Shown one piece after another: positions 36,496 through 50,412 of a stretch of DNA of 64,000 bases. How positions within the stretch are numbered: position 1 is the first letter of the stretch; the number at the start of each line of letters is the position of its first letter. Position numbers and translations under genes: made by a program. The notes under the pieces were generated by a model that did no database searches, was not told the DNA's origin, and was given only the letters and a program-made list of their open reading frames with translations. Source of the DNA: Eledone cirrhosa (Eukaryota); the NCBI GenBank assembly GCA_964016885.1, contig OZ024742.1, forward strand, positions 175,584,001 through 175,648,000, given 5' to 3'.

Positions 36496-37910
36496 AACAC
36501 GTGCAACCCTGTAGTTAGTACTAACTGTAATTGTAGGAATCGGGCTGATTGCCCCCTATCCGGGAAATGCCTCTCTAGTAACATTGTCTACAAATGTAAG
36601 GTTGTAACACCTACGTCCCGTAGGGCCTACATAGCGTTAACCGCCAATAGTTTCAAGCAGCGTCTTTATATGCATACCCATTCTTTTCGTTACCCTCTAA
36701 GAAGGAATATGACGTCACTTTCAGCTTATATCTGGAGTCTAAAAGACAACCACACCCAATATAAGTTACACGGGGAGATCCTAGCTAGGGCTAGATCGTA
36801 TAACGGAAATAAAAGACCATGGGACCTTTGCGCCGCTGAGGCCCTGGAAATACTCTACGCCACAGACCACATCCGGATAGCACGATCTATACGTGGATAT
36901 TTTACGTCTTGATGTGGGAGCTAAGTATATGTTTTGTTTAATCCTTTACTTATTTGCATAGGTATGTATATATTGCCCGTATGTTTTGTGAAGGTATGTA
37001 TATCTTCTCGTACGTATATTTGACTGTTATGGCGTATAATTTTTACATATTCTGGTATTTAGGGTTTGGCTATGTGCATACGGGAGTTTTGCGTCTGCGT
37101 GAGTATGTAGGTTTGTAAGCATGGTGGGTGTGTGTATATGTGTACTTCTTGTTTTTGTTGACTTACGTCTCCGAACATTCGTGTATTTATTTGTAGGTAT
37201 GTGTGCGCGCTTGTTATATACGTATTTATTTACTTATATACGTTTATATAATTATTTATTTATTTGTACACAAGCATACACACACACACATATTTATATG
37301 TGCGTGGTTTTGTATACCTATGGTAAGGTTTTGCATATGCTTGTGTATGTGCGTATCTGTTTGCGTGTATGTATTTATTTGTTTCTATTACTTCTGTATT
37401 GTATTTATTTACTTTGTTCTTAACTCTGTAGTGGAGATTCATTTGGTCTCCTAGTTAGAATTTTAGTCTACAACTTCTGCTATACCATATACGTGGTTTT
37501 GTCTTTGCGTGCTATTGTTCTCCACGCTCCACATATGACTTATTATCTTCGTTTTTTCGTTCATTGCCAGAGAACATCTCTATGCACCACCTAAGAGAAC
37601 ATTAGTCTACGACCTCTTTCATACCATAAACGTGGTTCTGTCTTTGCGCGTAATTGTTTTTCACGTATTATTCGTTTTTTCCCGTTCTTTGCCAGCGAAC
37701 GTTTTCCACGGACCAAAGTATCGTCTTCCTGTCTTCCTCCGGTTGCAACGTTTTTTGAAATATCCAGTTCTGCGTTTACAAATTGACTTTGTTAGTTTCA
37801 GAAGATCCCGTTAAGGGTGAAAGCAGCGATTCTTTGCTTAAACTTTAATCTGTTATTTTAATAAATATTTGCTCTAGGGTTCTTATATATTTGATATATA
37901 TTTATCTTTA
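36496..37910 (+). mobile_element. PLE family A, copy 3 (GIY-YIG + 3' pLTR)
   Basis: CNCRNRADCPLSGKC..IVYKC. Matches 3211-4160 and 29553-30815. Confidence 0.9.
37794..37844 (+). ncRNA. Variant hammerhead-like motif (family A)
   Basis: agttt-CAGAAGA-tccc/gttaa/gggt-GAA-AGCAG/cgattct/TTGCT-T-aaact. Confidence 0.55.
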
Positions 37911-37985
37911 ATAATTGGAAGCTATTATTATAAAACCATATTTATTTTTTCATATGTATTTCAAAGGTACAAATATTTTGGTACG

Positions 37986-38148
<163 letters not shown>

Positions 38149-38179
38149 AGAACAAAAGATGGTTAAAAGAGTTCCATGT

Positions 38180-38249
38180 ATTTTATTATGCGCATTTCAA
38201 AAACAAACATCATCATGCAATAATATTTGTGTTTTCATCAGATAAAACA
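38180..38249 (-). ncRNA. Minimal hammerhead (family B, inverted pLTR)
   Basis: Same motif as 20744-20811. Confidence 0.85.
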
Positions 38250-41080
38250 GGAAGACATGATATGAAGGTTAAAAAACACTTGTGGATAGTGCAGTTTTAA
38301 ATCAACATATGAAAAGTAGTTTTAGATTGATGTGTGATATTGGGAAAAATATTTTATTTTGAGGGCGGTGGGGGTTGGAAAGGATGAAAAAGAGGAGGAG
38401 ATGAGAGTAAAAATTGGAGAAGGAGGAGTATAACTGCTCTTCTTTGAACCTAAATTTATGGTCTGGTACTTCTGAAGTGATTAGCTGGTTCAACAAATTG
38501 AATAATAAAAACAAACTAAAATTTGTTCAATTTGATATTGCCAGCTACTATTCTTCTATTTCGCCTTCACTTCTCAATAATGCTCTATCCTTCGCACTTA
38601 AATATTCTGACATCACCACAGATGAACTTCACATCATTCTCACCGCACGTAAAACCATCCTAGATTTCAACAACGCATATTGGACCAGAGCCGATACCTC
38701 TAACAACTTCGACATCACAATGGGAGCATCCGATTCATCCCAATTGACAGATTTAATTGGTATCTTTATTTTCAACTCTTTGCGTCGGAAAATTCCTCAA
38801 CTTCGCGGTGGAATTTATCGTGACGATGGACTCCTTACTATCTTAAATTGCAACATAGTTAACCTTAATATTATTAAGAACAATATACGTAATCTCTTTA
38901 ACCAACATAACCTAAAAATTGAATTTGATAACAGCATCAAACTAGCTAATTTCTTGGATGTATCTCTTAATCTTGACACTGGCAAAAAAACAATGAGAAC
39001 CTAAATTATGTTAACTTTAAATCTAACCATCCTACTAATATCAAGAATGCTATAGTTAGTAATATTGGAAAAAGAATATCTAACCTATCTTCTAATAAAA
39101 ACATCTTTGATGCTAACGCCAATTACTATAATAACGCGCTTTCTAAAGCCGGCTATCCTGATAAAATCAAATATAGTAAAGAAACAAATTCTAGAAGAAC
39201 TTCCAGTAGAATAATTAATCATGATCATTCCAATAACTTTAATAAAAGACCTAGATACAAAAACATAATCTGGTATAATGCTCCTTTCTCCATCTCTATT
39301 AATAACAATATTCCTAAATTATTCTTTAGTGCCTTAAATAAATGCTTCCCTCCCTCACATATCTATAGTAAAATATTTAACAAACACACTATAACATTTT
39401 CCTATTCTACATCCTCCAACATTTCCAACATTATCTCTAAACACAAAAATGAAATACTAAATACTAAATCTCTTCCTTCCAACACTGAATATCATAATAA
39501 TAGTAATAGTACTCCCGACGTCATTGTAAACCCTAGGCTAATTTCTGCAAACCCAAATACAACGTCAAACACAACTTCTCTAAATGTTATTAATCCCATT
39601 CTAAATCAAGAAACTATTATTCCTATCGCAAATATCTTCTCCAATCCAATTCCTTCTATATATAACATTAGGTCACTCGTTAATAATCTCTCTAATCGCA
39701 ATTGCAATTGCCCTGTTAAAAATAAATGTCCTCTCAACAACCATTGTCTTGATAAAAACTTAATTTGCGAATGTAAACTTATAACTGACACTAATTCCTT
39801 CACCTATTTTGGCTCCACTTCCACCTCTTTTAAAGCTCGTCTTTATAACCATCATTCGTCTTTTAAATACAAACTTAAAAGAACCAACACGGCTCTCTCA
39901 GAACTCATATGGTCCTTGAAAGACAAAAATATTAAATATAGCATCTTTTGGAAGAAGGTTTCTTCTGCGTCTACATACTTGAACAGTTCTCTATCCAAAA
40001 TTTGCAATCTCTGTCTAAATGAAAAATTTACCATTATATCTAATTTAGATTCTATAATAAATAGACGCACTGACTTGTTTTCTATCTGCTTGCATAAATT
40101 CCAAAAAACATCCCACAAAGTATACAGCTAATATCCAAATCTTTATCAATTTAGAATCTTTTTCTCAAAGGCACAGATATATATATATACACTTCTTTAA
40201 AAATATACCCATCTTTCTACCTTATTTCAAAGGTTATTATACATTCTATAATACTTGTTACTCATTCTATATCGCTCCTATTTATCACTTCCCTTCTCTT
40301 TTTCTTTTAATGTCTAACCCCTAATCTGTACCTTTTCTCACTGTTGCCTAGCATAGAATCAATTATTACATAATACAATACATTCTTACTCTATATCACC
40401 TTGTAAAAATCCTTCGTAAACAAAAGCATTTTTTTGACGTTAGATTATTCATCCTCAATTCATTATTCTTTTCTCCCTTTCATCTAACTCATTCATGCTC
40501 ATCTCACAATATATCCTTACTTAAATTACCTGTTGTTCTTTTTAATAATACATATCAACATTTCCTTTCCATCGCACATATTATTAAACCCTTAAATATC
40601 ATTCTTAATACATATTAATAATTTTTTTTCCATCGCACATGTTATTAAACCCTTAAATATTATTCTTAATACATATTAACATTTTCTTTTCATCGCACAT
40701 ATTATTTAAACCCCTCAATATACAAACCTTAACTTTACATTATTTTTCTCTTCGTTAATTTTCAAATTCTTTTAATTTATACATTATCTTCCAACGGTTT
40801 TCAACCTCTCTATGTAAAACAATATCTTTCTCAGTTATAAAAGCTATCTCTCTCTCTCTATCACCCATCTCTCCTCCTATCTCATCCTTCCTCATTATAC
40901 TCCTCCCTCTCCACTTTTTACTCTCATCTCCTCCTCTTTTTCATCCTTTCCACCCCCACCCCCACCCCAAAATAAAATATTTTTCCCAATATCACACATC
41001 AATCTAAAACTACTTTTCATATGTTGATTTAAAACTGCACTATCCACAAGTGTTTTTTAACCTTCATATCATGTCTTCCT

Positions 41081-41149
41081 GTTTTATCTGATGAAAACAC
41101 AAATATTATTGCATGATGATGTTTGTTTTTGAAATGCGCATAATAAAAT
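41081..41149 (+). ncRNA. Minimal hammerhead (family B)
   Basis: gttttat-CTGATGA..GAAA-tgcgca-TA-ataaaat. Confidence 0.85.
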
Positions 41150-41276
41150 ACATGGAACTCTTTTAACCATCTTTTGTTCTTATATATTATGTATACTCCA
41201 GTCCTACAAACTGTAGAGTGCTTCTTATCCGATATCTGCATTGCTTTATTGTACTACAATAAAACTCACCTCCTAC

Positions 41277-41364
<88 letters not shown>

Positions 41365-41969
41365 TATATATATATATACACACACACACAAACACTCTCA
41401 GATATACATTGACATACTATGTTTTTTTCTTAATCTCATTTAAAATATACAACACAGTTTGGACTGTACTACACACTTTTATGTCAAGTTGTATGGAAAA
41501 CTGTTATACTCTCCCCTTCCAAAACAAAAATGTACAGAGAGAGGAATAGAGAAAAGGGTGAGAGACAAAGCAAAAGAGGGTCAGAAAGAGTGACAATTTG
41601 AGAGGGAGAAAGAAAGAGGAGTAGAAAGAATGAAAGGGTGAGAATAGGTGAAAAAAAGGGTGAAAGAGGGCAAGAAATAATGTATGGGAAGGGGTGAGAA
41701 TGAGTGAGGGAGAGAGAGAGAATGGTGACAGATGGGGGAAGAGAATCTCTGTTATAGAAACACAAATTGCCATTGCATCATCTAGTAATAGAGATACCAT
41801 GTAGATGTTTGTTTTTTGGTAAGTTCCAATTATATGTTCAATATTCATCTCAATTTGTCAAAATTTTATGCTGCTCATGTCGTAATCAATAAACAGAATG
41901 AGATAAAATATCTAAGAAAACAACTGCCATAATGTTTGTTTATTTATCTATCTATCTACTTATTATTAA

Positions 41970-42130
41970 TTCGCAGTATCGCTAGAGGCTCGGACATGCT
42001 TTCCAGCATAGTTACGTCCCTTTATGATATGAGTTCAAATTCCCCCGAGGTTAACTTTGCCTTTCATCCATACGGGGTCGATAAAATAAAGTACCAGTAA
42101 TGTACAGGGTAATTGCTGGCCTTGTGCCAA
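41970..42130 (+). mobile_element. tRNA-derived SINE with Meta-like central domain
   Basis: B box GAGTTCAAATTC; GCCTTTCATCC.TACGGGGTCGATAAAATAAAGTACCAG. Confidence 0.75.
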
Positions 42131-42459
42131 TAAACCTCTCAATGGCTTCAGTTTATAAAAAATGAATATATAGACATCATCTACCTTCTCATTCTCAAAT
42201 TTCAGTGTGTGTGTGTGCAATTTAAACTTTAATGTCTAAATGAAACTGCAATAGTACTTAGCTTTCTGCGAGTTGTGATAAATCTTCAATTTGTTTTACT
42301 TTTTTCAGTCATTAAACGATGGCCATACTGGGGCAGAGCCTTGAAGAGATTTAGAAAGAATATATTGATCCCAGTACTTAAATGCTTAAGTTGGTATTTA
42401 TTTTATTACATTTACTTGAACTGCTAAATTACAGGACATAAATTTACATTAAATGCAAT

Positions 42460-42503
<44 letters not shown>

Positions 42504-42510
42504 ATATTAT

Positions 42511-42561
<51 letters not shown>

Positions 42562-42739
42562 TATATATATATAACGGTATCTTATAAACTTGTATATGCC
42601 TGTAGAAAAGGTCATTGATTTGATGCCTCTTGTATGGGAAGAGCCTCTTTTCTGTGTATGAATATAAGTAGATAATATAATATTTCTGTTCTCTTTCCAA
42701 TTGAGCACTGTTTTTGTTTTACCTTTTCACACTTACGGA

Positions 42740-42794
<55 letters not shown>

Positions 42795-43628
42795 CTAAAG
42801 GGTGAGCCTTGTTACTCTGGAGTTGTGTCTATGCCCTTGCTAGATCATCAACCTATTTTTCGATATTTTCTGCTAAATCATTTCAAAAAGTTATGATTTA
42901 AGGCAGTGCCCTCAGCATGGCTACAATCTTATGACAAAGCAGGGAAAAAATAAAAAAACTCAAAATATCTTACCTTTCCACTTGAAACACATATTGTGAT
43001 AAAACTTTAGGTATTCCTGTATCTATGCCCACCATGCCTAGTACTGACTCATTCTTAATGCTTTCAAAAGTTACAAAATAAGAAATTAAACATTACCTTA
43101 TGTTCAAGTTGAAAACTGAATTTCAGATATTTAATAATTAATGACAGGAAAAGAGATGAAGGCAATGGAAAGGAAAGAGCTTTTTGTTGGTTATGGAGTA
43201 GATGAGAGGATATTAGCAATGATTAAAGAATCACTGCCAAACCATCAATAGGTGGGTGCTAAAGTTCAGGTTCAAAGCACTCAATGAGCATTAGGCACAA
43301 TGGATTGCATCATCTGCTCCTGGCCAAGACTATAATCACCGAAGGAGAATCGATATAAGATATCTTCTTTAATATGTAATTGTCCTTATGAAGGTATATA
43401 CAAATCCTTATAGTCTATTAGTCTGTTACTGTTTTCAGTCATTAGACTGTGACAATGCTATGGTGCTACTATAAAAGGATTTAGTCAATCATATTAAATT
43501 CAGTACTAATTTTTCAAGCACACTATTTATTTTATTAAACAATGTTTGTCATACTGCTAAGTTATGGGATACAGAGACAAATGTAAATACAGTAACGAGA
43601 TACACACACACAGAGGGACAGACATATG

Positions 43629-43666
<38 letters not shown>

Positions 43667-44787
43667 CTTTGACAAAAAGAATCATATATAAAATAAAATG
43701 CTTGAAAAATATGTAATAGGGTTGATATATCAACTAAATTCCTTTAAGTTGGTGCACCAGCATGGGTAAAAGTGATCGATACATGTATTTCATAATCATT
43801 ACAGTTAATCAGTACTCACATCCAGATATTGAGATATTAAAAACAATACTATTATAGATTTTGTTAAAAGGAGTGTTATTAGATAACACTAATTTACATA
43901 GATTGCAAGCTTAAAATGTGTTTATTATATGTATTAGCGCTCTAGCTAATTGATATTATTTACTGTAGTAATGCTTTTAAATAGTAATTATGTTTTAATT
44001 AAAAATATACAATTAATTTGTTTTGACTATGTGCAATCATGAAAAAACCTACGTAAAAACGATGATGATGATATGTGTTAGTAATAAAAATCATTGGTTG
44101 TTTTCAAAAAGACATTTTCTAATCACTTATTTTGTTGAAATAACATTCACCAAAATTCTGTTAAAATACTGTCTTATTATATTTTAATGTCTTCCTTGAA
44201 GCTAAATAAATAAAGAGGACTCCCTGAATGTCATTTTATTCAAGAGATCGGAATGTTATAAAAAATATATAACAAAGTATATTCATACAGTTTCATCATT
44301 TTTTTTTTTTTTTTAAATATTTTAAAATAAAATTCTACTTCATTTTATTTATACTTTATTTATGATAGTATTGGACAGTTGAAAATTTAGTTAAATGTCC
44401 ATTTTATACAAGTTCATATTTGAAAATTATTTATGATGTAAATCACAAAAGAAAACCTGGCCAGATATTTAAAAACAACCTCTTAATTATGCCTCCAAGT
44501 AATAATGTAAGTATAATTATGTAATCGAATATTAGGTAATGAATACGGTTCTGAAGATCTCAAGATGGCAGCTAAATGTAGAAAGATATGTTAACTGTTA
44601 AGTATTTTGATAAGTTTGAAGAGAGAAGCAACATTTTTCACGGAAGACAAGCGAGAGTTAGTATGCTTAATTTATCATGAACAAGTGGTCATTAATAAGC
44701 AATTAAAAGTTATGAGTAAACAAAATTCAGAAATAAATTAACTTGTATGCAGAAACAAAATTATATAATTGGGGAATACAGTAACTA

Positions 44788-45187
44788 CTAGCAGAATGAC
44801 ACGGTGTTGCTCGGGGTTTGCTCTAGGGTTCTTATATATTTGATATATATTTATTCTTATCAAACCTCGTGAAATAAATACGTTTGTTTATATTTTGTTA
44901 TTGTGTATGCAAAAATATCTGTACACGAATATATAATTATATATATATATATTTATATTAAAATAACAGATTAAAGTTTAAGCAAAAAATCGCTGCTTTC
45001 ACCCTTAACGGGTTCTTCTGAAACTAAAATCAATCTGTGAACGCAGAAGTAAATATTTCGAAAAACGTTACACACTATATATATACACACACACTATATA
45101 TACATATATACACACACACAGCGTCATAATGTCCTAATGCAGACAGCCAGACAGACAGACAGACATTCTCTGTTTTAGATATATAGA
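44788..45187 (-). mobile_element. Non-autonomous Helitron containing PLE family A pLTR fragments
   Basis: Minus strand: A|TCTATATATCTAAAA, (TGTC)n near the 5' end, 3' CCCGAGCAACACCGTG..CTAG|T. AT insertion site, no TSD. Confidence 0.75.
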
Positions 45188-45976
45188 TAAAGTTTGATAA
45201 TCACAAAACAAATTTGCATAATCATAACCCACTCTACCCCCACTATATAACTGCTATGTAATAAATTATTTATTAGCTAAACATTCTAAGCCATTTGGTA
45301 TTTTGTAGTGCTGTTGCTGTTGTGTAGCCCTAGGTGTAGGTATAGGATTGCTGGCTATCGCACATTCTATTTCGATACAGGTATCTAAGATGACATGGAG
45401 TGGATGATTTTAGTCTACTGAGGCCTTGGTTACCAACCTATGTGTGTGTGTGTGTGTTGCTATCTACGAAGGGGAGCACATATTGTGAGCTGGTTGCAGC
45501 ACTTCAGGATCTTACATGATTGTTGTCTCATACAAAAGAAGAAACAGGATCACATGTAGCCAAGTGTGTCATAAAAAGGATTGAAATCAGGATAGGTATC
45601 TAGTTATAAAACGTTGTCTCAAAAAGAACCACTTGATGAGTATGAAGACTGTCATGGGACCCACAAAACTAATCCCTAATGTAGCAGGGAAGATGTCCTT
45701 AAAACTATGGTTGTTGTATCCTGGAACACATTAAGGTTTAGTGGTTAAAAGGTCTGGCTCAAGCTGGAAAGTTTATGGATTTCACTACTCTCGCCATTAC
45801 TGTAGCTGATAGACTTGAGGTTGTTGTTGATATTGAAGAAGGTTTTTTTGCTATTTTCATGGTTGTTGTTGTTGGATATGTTGTTGTTGTTATCATTGTT
45901 AATTCAGTAGCTAATATTGGGTTTACTTGCCTACCATTAACCCTCTACCCCATCAATGACAAATTTCAATACTTAT

Positions 45977-46312
45977 GGAGGCACATGGCTTAGTGGTTAG
46001 AGCATTGGCCTTGCAATCGAAAGGTTGTGAGTTCAATTCTCAGACCGGGTGATGTGTTGTTTCCTTGAGCAAGACACTTAATTTCACATTGCTCCAGTTT
46101 ACTCAGCTGTAGAAATGAGATGATAGGGGCTGGGGTCCATATCATTCCACTGCAAAGTGGTCGTGGAGGTGCTACGGCAAAAAAGCACCCAGCACTCACT
46201 GTAAATGAGGTTGGTGTTAGGAAGGGCATCCAGCTGTAGAAATCAAGCCAGAATCAGTTCCCGTCCCACCCTTGCAACCAGGGAAAACGGACGTAAAATG
46301 ATGATGATGATC
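45977..46312 (+). mobile_element. Full-length tRNA-derived CORE-like SINE with RTE-derived tail
   Basis: A box TGGCTTAGTGG, B box GAGTTCAATTC, CCTTGAGCAAGACACTT, then GTCCCACCCTTGCA..GGAAAACGGACGTAAAA(TGA)n. Confidence 0.85.
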
Positions 46313-47919
46313 ATGAAATCTTAAAAAATATGTCCCCTGCACTGTTGAAACCAAAGTTTAGAATGGTGGTAACAGAGCCAATGATAAATGTTGTGAAGAA
46401 AAATGGAGTGAGATGGTTAGGCGATGTGTTTTGAAGAAGGGTGTGAGGGGTGAGAGGAGTGATAGAAATGAAAGAGGAAGAGAACAACCAGAAAAGACAT
46501 GGTTAAAAATGATGGAGGAAGGAATTGGGAGGAGGACACAGATGATACAGGAAAATGGAATAGCTTGCCATGGGCCTCAGAAGGCTAACTCCTTTAACAG
46601 GGAATATGGTTTTAAAACACTTGTTGTAGTTGTATATATTATACAAAATTCAGTGTTTTAATCTATTATTGCAGACTTAAATTGATCTGTAACAAAATAA
46701 GCAAATTGATGAAAATCAATATATTTTCAGACAGTAGCTTCATTAAGCATCTTTTGTGTTTATTTCTGCAAGGGTTTAAAATAGAAATTAAAAATAGCCA
46801 TAAAGTACAGTGAGATTGATTCAAATAGACTAAGACTCATAGAATCTACTGACATACGGCAATTCAAACTTAAGGTATTAAATTCGATTAATCTTCTAGT
46901 CATATTTATATCTGATGAAAAAACACAACAATAAATAAACAAATGAAAATTTAAAAAGTTTGAAATTGATATCCAATCAATACATGATAAATGGCAAATA
47001 TTCTTTGTCCAATATATATTATCAAACATTGATGAATATATAGTCTAACAACTTTTCACCATTTCTAGTTTTTTGTGAAAGAAAAAAGAAAAGATAAAAA
47101 AAAACAACAGTAACAGTTAAGCATGTAATAGTGTGTGACCTGGTGGATAGTGTGTTGTGCCCATGATCCTAATATTGTGGGTTCAATACCAGGATCAGGT
47201 TTTTTCAAGTCAGATGCTTCATCTTACATTGTTTTTAATTATAAGACTGAATCTCTATCATTAAAAAACTCAAGACACATTTTATGAGATGTAACCTTAT
47301 TAGAGACTAGTTAAACCTACAAATGTACATATGTGTGTGCTGTAACAACAACAGCAATTGGACCTTTATTATTAAAACTACCTAGAAACATACTGAGTTA
47401 TGACTTTGTAAGAAGGCCACAAAACCTGCAAAGTTATGAACTGTAGATTTCATTTTTCTTTCAACTAACCATTGATACATGACAATGTAAATAATTACAC
47501 AGGCTTTACTAGAATACACATATATTTATCATGTGGAAAAAAACTAGAATAATCTATATTTAACTCTTTTGGTACCAAACATACTGAAATCGACTCTGGT
47601 TTTATGACACAACATTTTTTATCTTAGAATATCTATTTAAAACCTCCCATTCTAATTTTATGTAAGAACCTTCGTTATGAGATGTAGTATTTAACACTTT
47701 AAACACTACATCCTTTAAAACCTCCATTCTTCCTGAAATTCGCTAAGACTATACCTGATATCCCCCTCCATAAACATGCATGCATGTAAATTATGTCTCA
47801 TACACTGTTCACATTCCTGACATTTGTACATTATTCTATGCACTATACATGCACCATTGATGAGTTGTAGTGCACCTGAGCACTGTACACAATTTCATTA
47901 TTATTATTATTATTATTAC

Positions 47920-48120
47920 GGGTGGTGGATTGGCAGTATCAGTAGAGGGTCGGATGCCATGCTTTCCAGCATAGTTATGTTCCTTTACGATCTGAGTTCA
48001 AATCCCACCGAGGTTGACTTTGCCTTTCATACTTACGGGGTCGATAAAATAAAGTACCAGTAATGTACTGGGTATTTGCTGGCCTTGTGCCTAAAGTAGA
48101 GACAATTATTATTATTATTA
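47920..48120 (+). mobile_element. Meta-like tRNA SINE
   Basis: Same family as 56280-56680, with (ATT)n tail. Confidence 0.8.
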
Positions 48121-49089
48121 TTACTATTATAACCTTTGATAACAAAACTACCTGAAATGTCTCCAAGTTCTATCCCACAAAAATGTTTATTTTAAAGTGT
48201 TTATGTTTATCTAAAAACCTTCCATCATAATTTCATGGAAGAACCTTCCTTATGTCCCAAACACCAGCTTGATAATGAAAAAGTTACTTTTATTACACAT
48301 GTGTGTTGCTGATGTTAATGTCACAGTTGTTGTCATTGCCTTCCTCTTATTAATGGTGGTGGAGATGAAACTGCTATCAGGTCGGGCTGCCAGGCAATAT
48401 GCTGAGGCTCAAGTGCCTTCTTTTACTGAAGATACGGGGTCGATGTTATTATCCTGTTGCTGTCGCCTTCTTGGCCGGAGATGTGGGTCAGTCACTTTTG
48501 GTATCATTTGGCAGCACCATGGCAAATAAATATATTCTCTATTATTTGGGGGGGGGGGTCTTTCCTTTCTATCCATCTAATCCAATTCAAATTATTTGAC
48601 AGTGAATTGGTGGTTGGTGTTGTTTTGTTTTGTTTTATCTTTCCATTTGTTTTTATTTATTTCTCTCGCTCTTCTCGTATGTTTCGGTGTGTTAAATTTG
48701 TGAGGTTCCTAGCAGTTATTATTTAAGGTTATATTTTCATTCTAGGATGTATTTCATCATAACAGCACATACTCCTTCCCAGCATCAACTGTGAGTTAAT
48801 GCCGCGAATGTTTGACTATTGGGTAATCAGATAATCCAAGTCTAAAATCATCAATGTAGATATGGATAGAGTCTAGTGGATTTGAGAATGTGTTAGAAGT
48901 GATGAAGCAGCATGGTAAATGTTTAAAATAAAAATTCATTAACTCAAGAGAGTTGGTATCTGATGCAGGCAAATTTCCTTCATCGATGTCAGGATCAAAA
49001 TCTTTATGGGCTTTGTGTATTGAGTTACGTATGGCGAACTATAATGTTTAATAATTCGCTACTAGTATAACAGCTCTGTACGGCTTTCA

Positions 49090-49290
49090 TTCAATTTCTC
49101 ATCCATGAAAACCTAAAACACCTTCCAGATATGCAATTGAAATCATGCAAACCATTTTGGGAATCAATGAAGACCCTTCAGGACAATAACTTTGATCTGA
49201 TGGAAGAGTGGCAAATATCATGAAATGAGTCCAAATTTGCCAACCAAGACCTGATGCAGAACCCCACATCTAAACCAGCGAGCTTTGACC
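49090..49290 (+). mobile_element. Degenerate non-LTR retrotransposon fragment (second copy at ~51795-52030, minus)
   Basis: Shared LPDMxLKSCKPFWESMKTLQDNNFD segment in both copies. Clade not determined. Confidence 0.45.
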
Positions 49291-49858
49291 TTCCCAGAAA
49301 GCAATGGGAGTCCCTTAATCATATTTACACTGCACATGCCAGGACAGCCCATTGTTTCCTTCGGTTCGAAAACGAAAGACAGCCCAGCATGTGACAGTAC
49401 CACATGTTGTTTGGAATTGACCCTCAGATATTTTCCCAGCAGCCTGGAAGCAATCCATAATGCTGCAAATGAAGCCTTGGTCTGGCTTGCTGGTCTCGAC
49501 ATGCCACTCTAACTATAGTGCATTTGTGATACAACAAGAAGTACATGGTAAGATGATTGGCTGGTTGTCTGAATTATTTTTTGTTCAGCATTGTATCTAT
49601 TACCTCATACCTCATTCTAATACATAATTATATATGCTATATGTAGCCATTTAAAGCACCTTTATTCTCCAATTTGGTATCATTCTAATACTTGTCTTAT
49701 TTCTTTCTTATTTTTGTCTTCTTACTCTAATTTGATAAAGTGTTTGTCATGTGAGAACCTCTCTTTAGTTTCTATTCGATGTAAATAATTTCACACTACA
49801 TTTATTAATTGTTTGCTCACATGTTCTATTTGTTACTTTTCCCTACTTTATATATATA

Positions 49859-50150
49859 TACGATATATTAACAAATGGAAACTATATTTATAAAACCATA
49901 TTTATTTCATTATACATATTCCAAGGATAGTCTATCCGGGAGCTTCCAACAGAAATGGTTGCATTATTTAAGGGTATGTCAATATTTATTTATAAAACTG
50001 ATATATATTATATTTTATCTGACGAAAGCACACCATAATTTAACTTGGTGTCCTTGAAATATGTATAATGAAATAAATATAATGAAATAAATATAGTTTC
50101 CATTTGTTAATATATCGTATTTTTACTCCAATAATTTGTTGAGTGCTTTA
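49859..50150 (+). mobile_element. Orphan PLE pLTR with 5' inverted partial copy
   Basis: 49859-49927 is the reverse complement of ~50051-50119. Contains a hammerhead and the TTGAGTGCTT motif. (TA)n flanks. Confidence 0.75.
50011..50075 (+). ncRNA. Minimal type I hammerhead
   Basis: tattttat-CTGACGA-aagcacacca/loop/tggtgtcctt-GAAA-tatgta-TA-atgaaata. Confidence 0.85.
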
Positions 50151-50412
50151 TATCAGTTATAAAAATATTTGCTTGTTGTATCCCAACAATTTAAATAGAA
50201 CTTCTACATATATATATATATAATCATTATCATCATTATTATTATTATCACCATGTTTCTATGCTGGATAGATTGTTTTGTGACAATATTTTACAACTGG
50301 ATGTGCTTCCAGATGTCAATCCTTTTAGTCATTGACTACAATATGAAAGGTACAGTGTACCTATTCTAAAAGATAGGATATACAGCAAATATATATATAT
50401 ATATATATATAT

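Noticed and set aside
45977-46048. tRNA-like sequence
   Set aside because: SINE head: continues into the CORE-like domain and LINE-derived tail, with no proper acceptor stem.
49285-49512. Open frames on both strands with protein-like composition
   Set aside because: No motif recognised; likely a TE fragment that cannot be assigned without a search.
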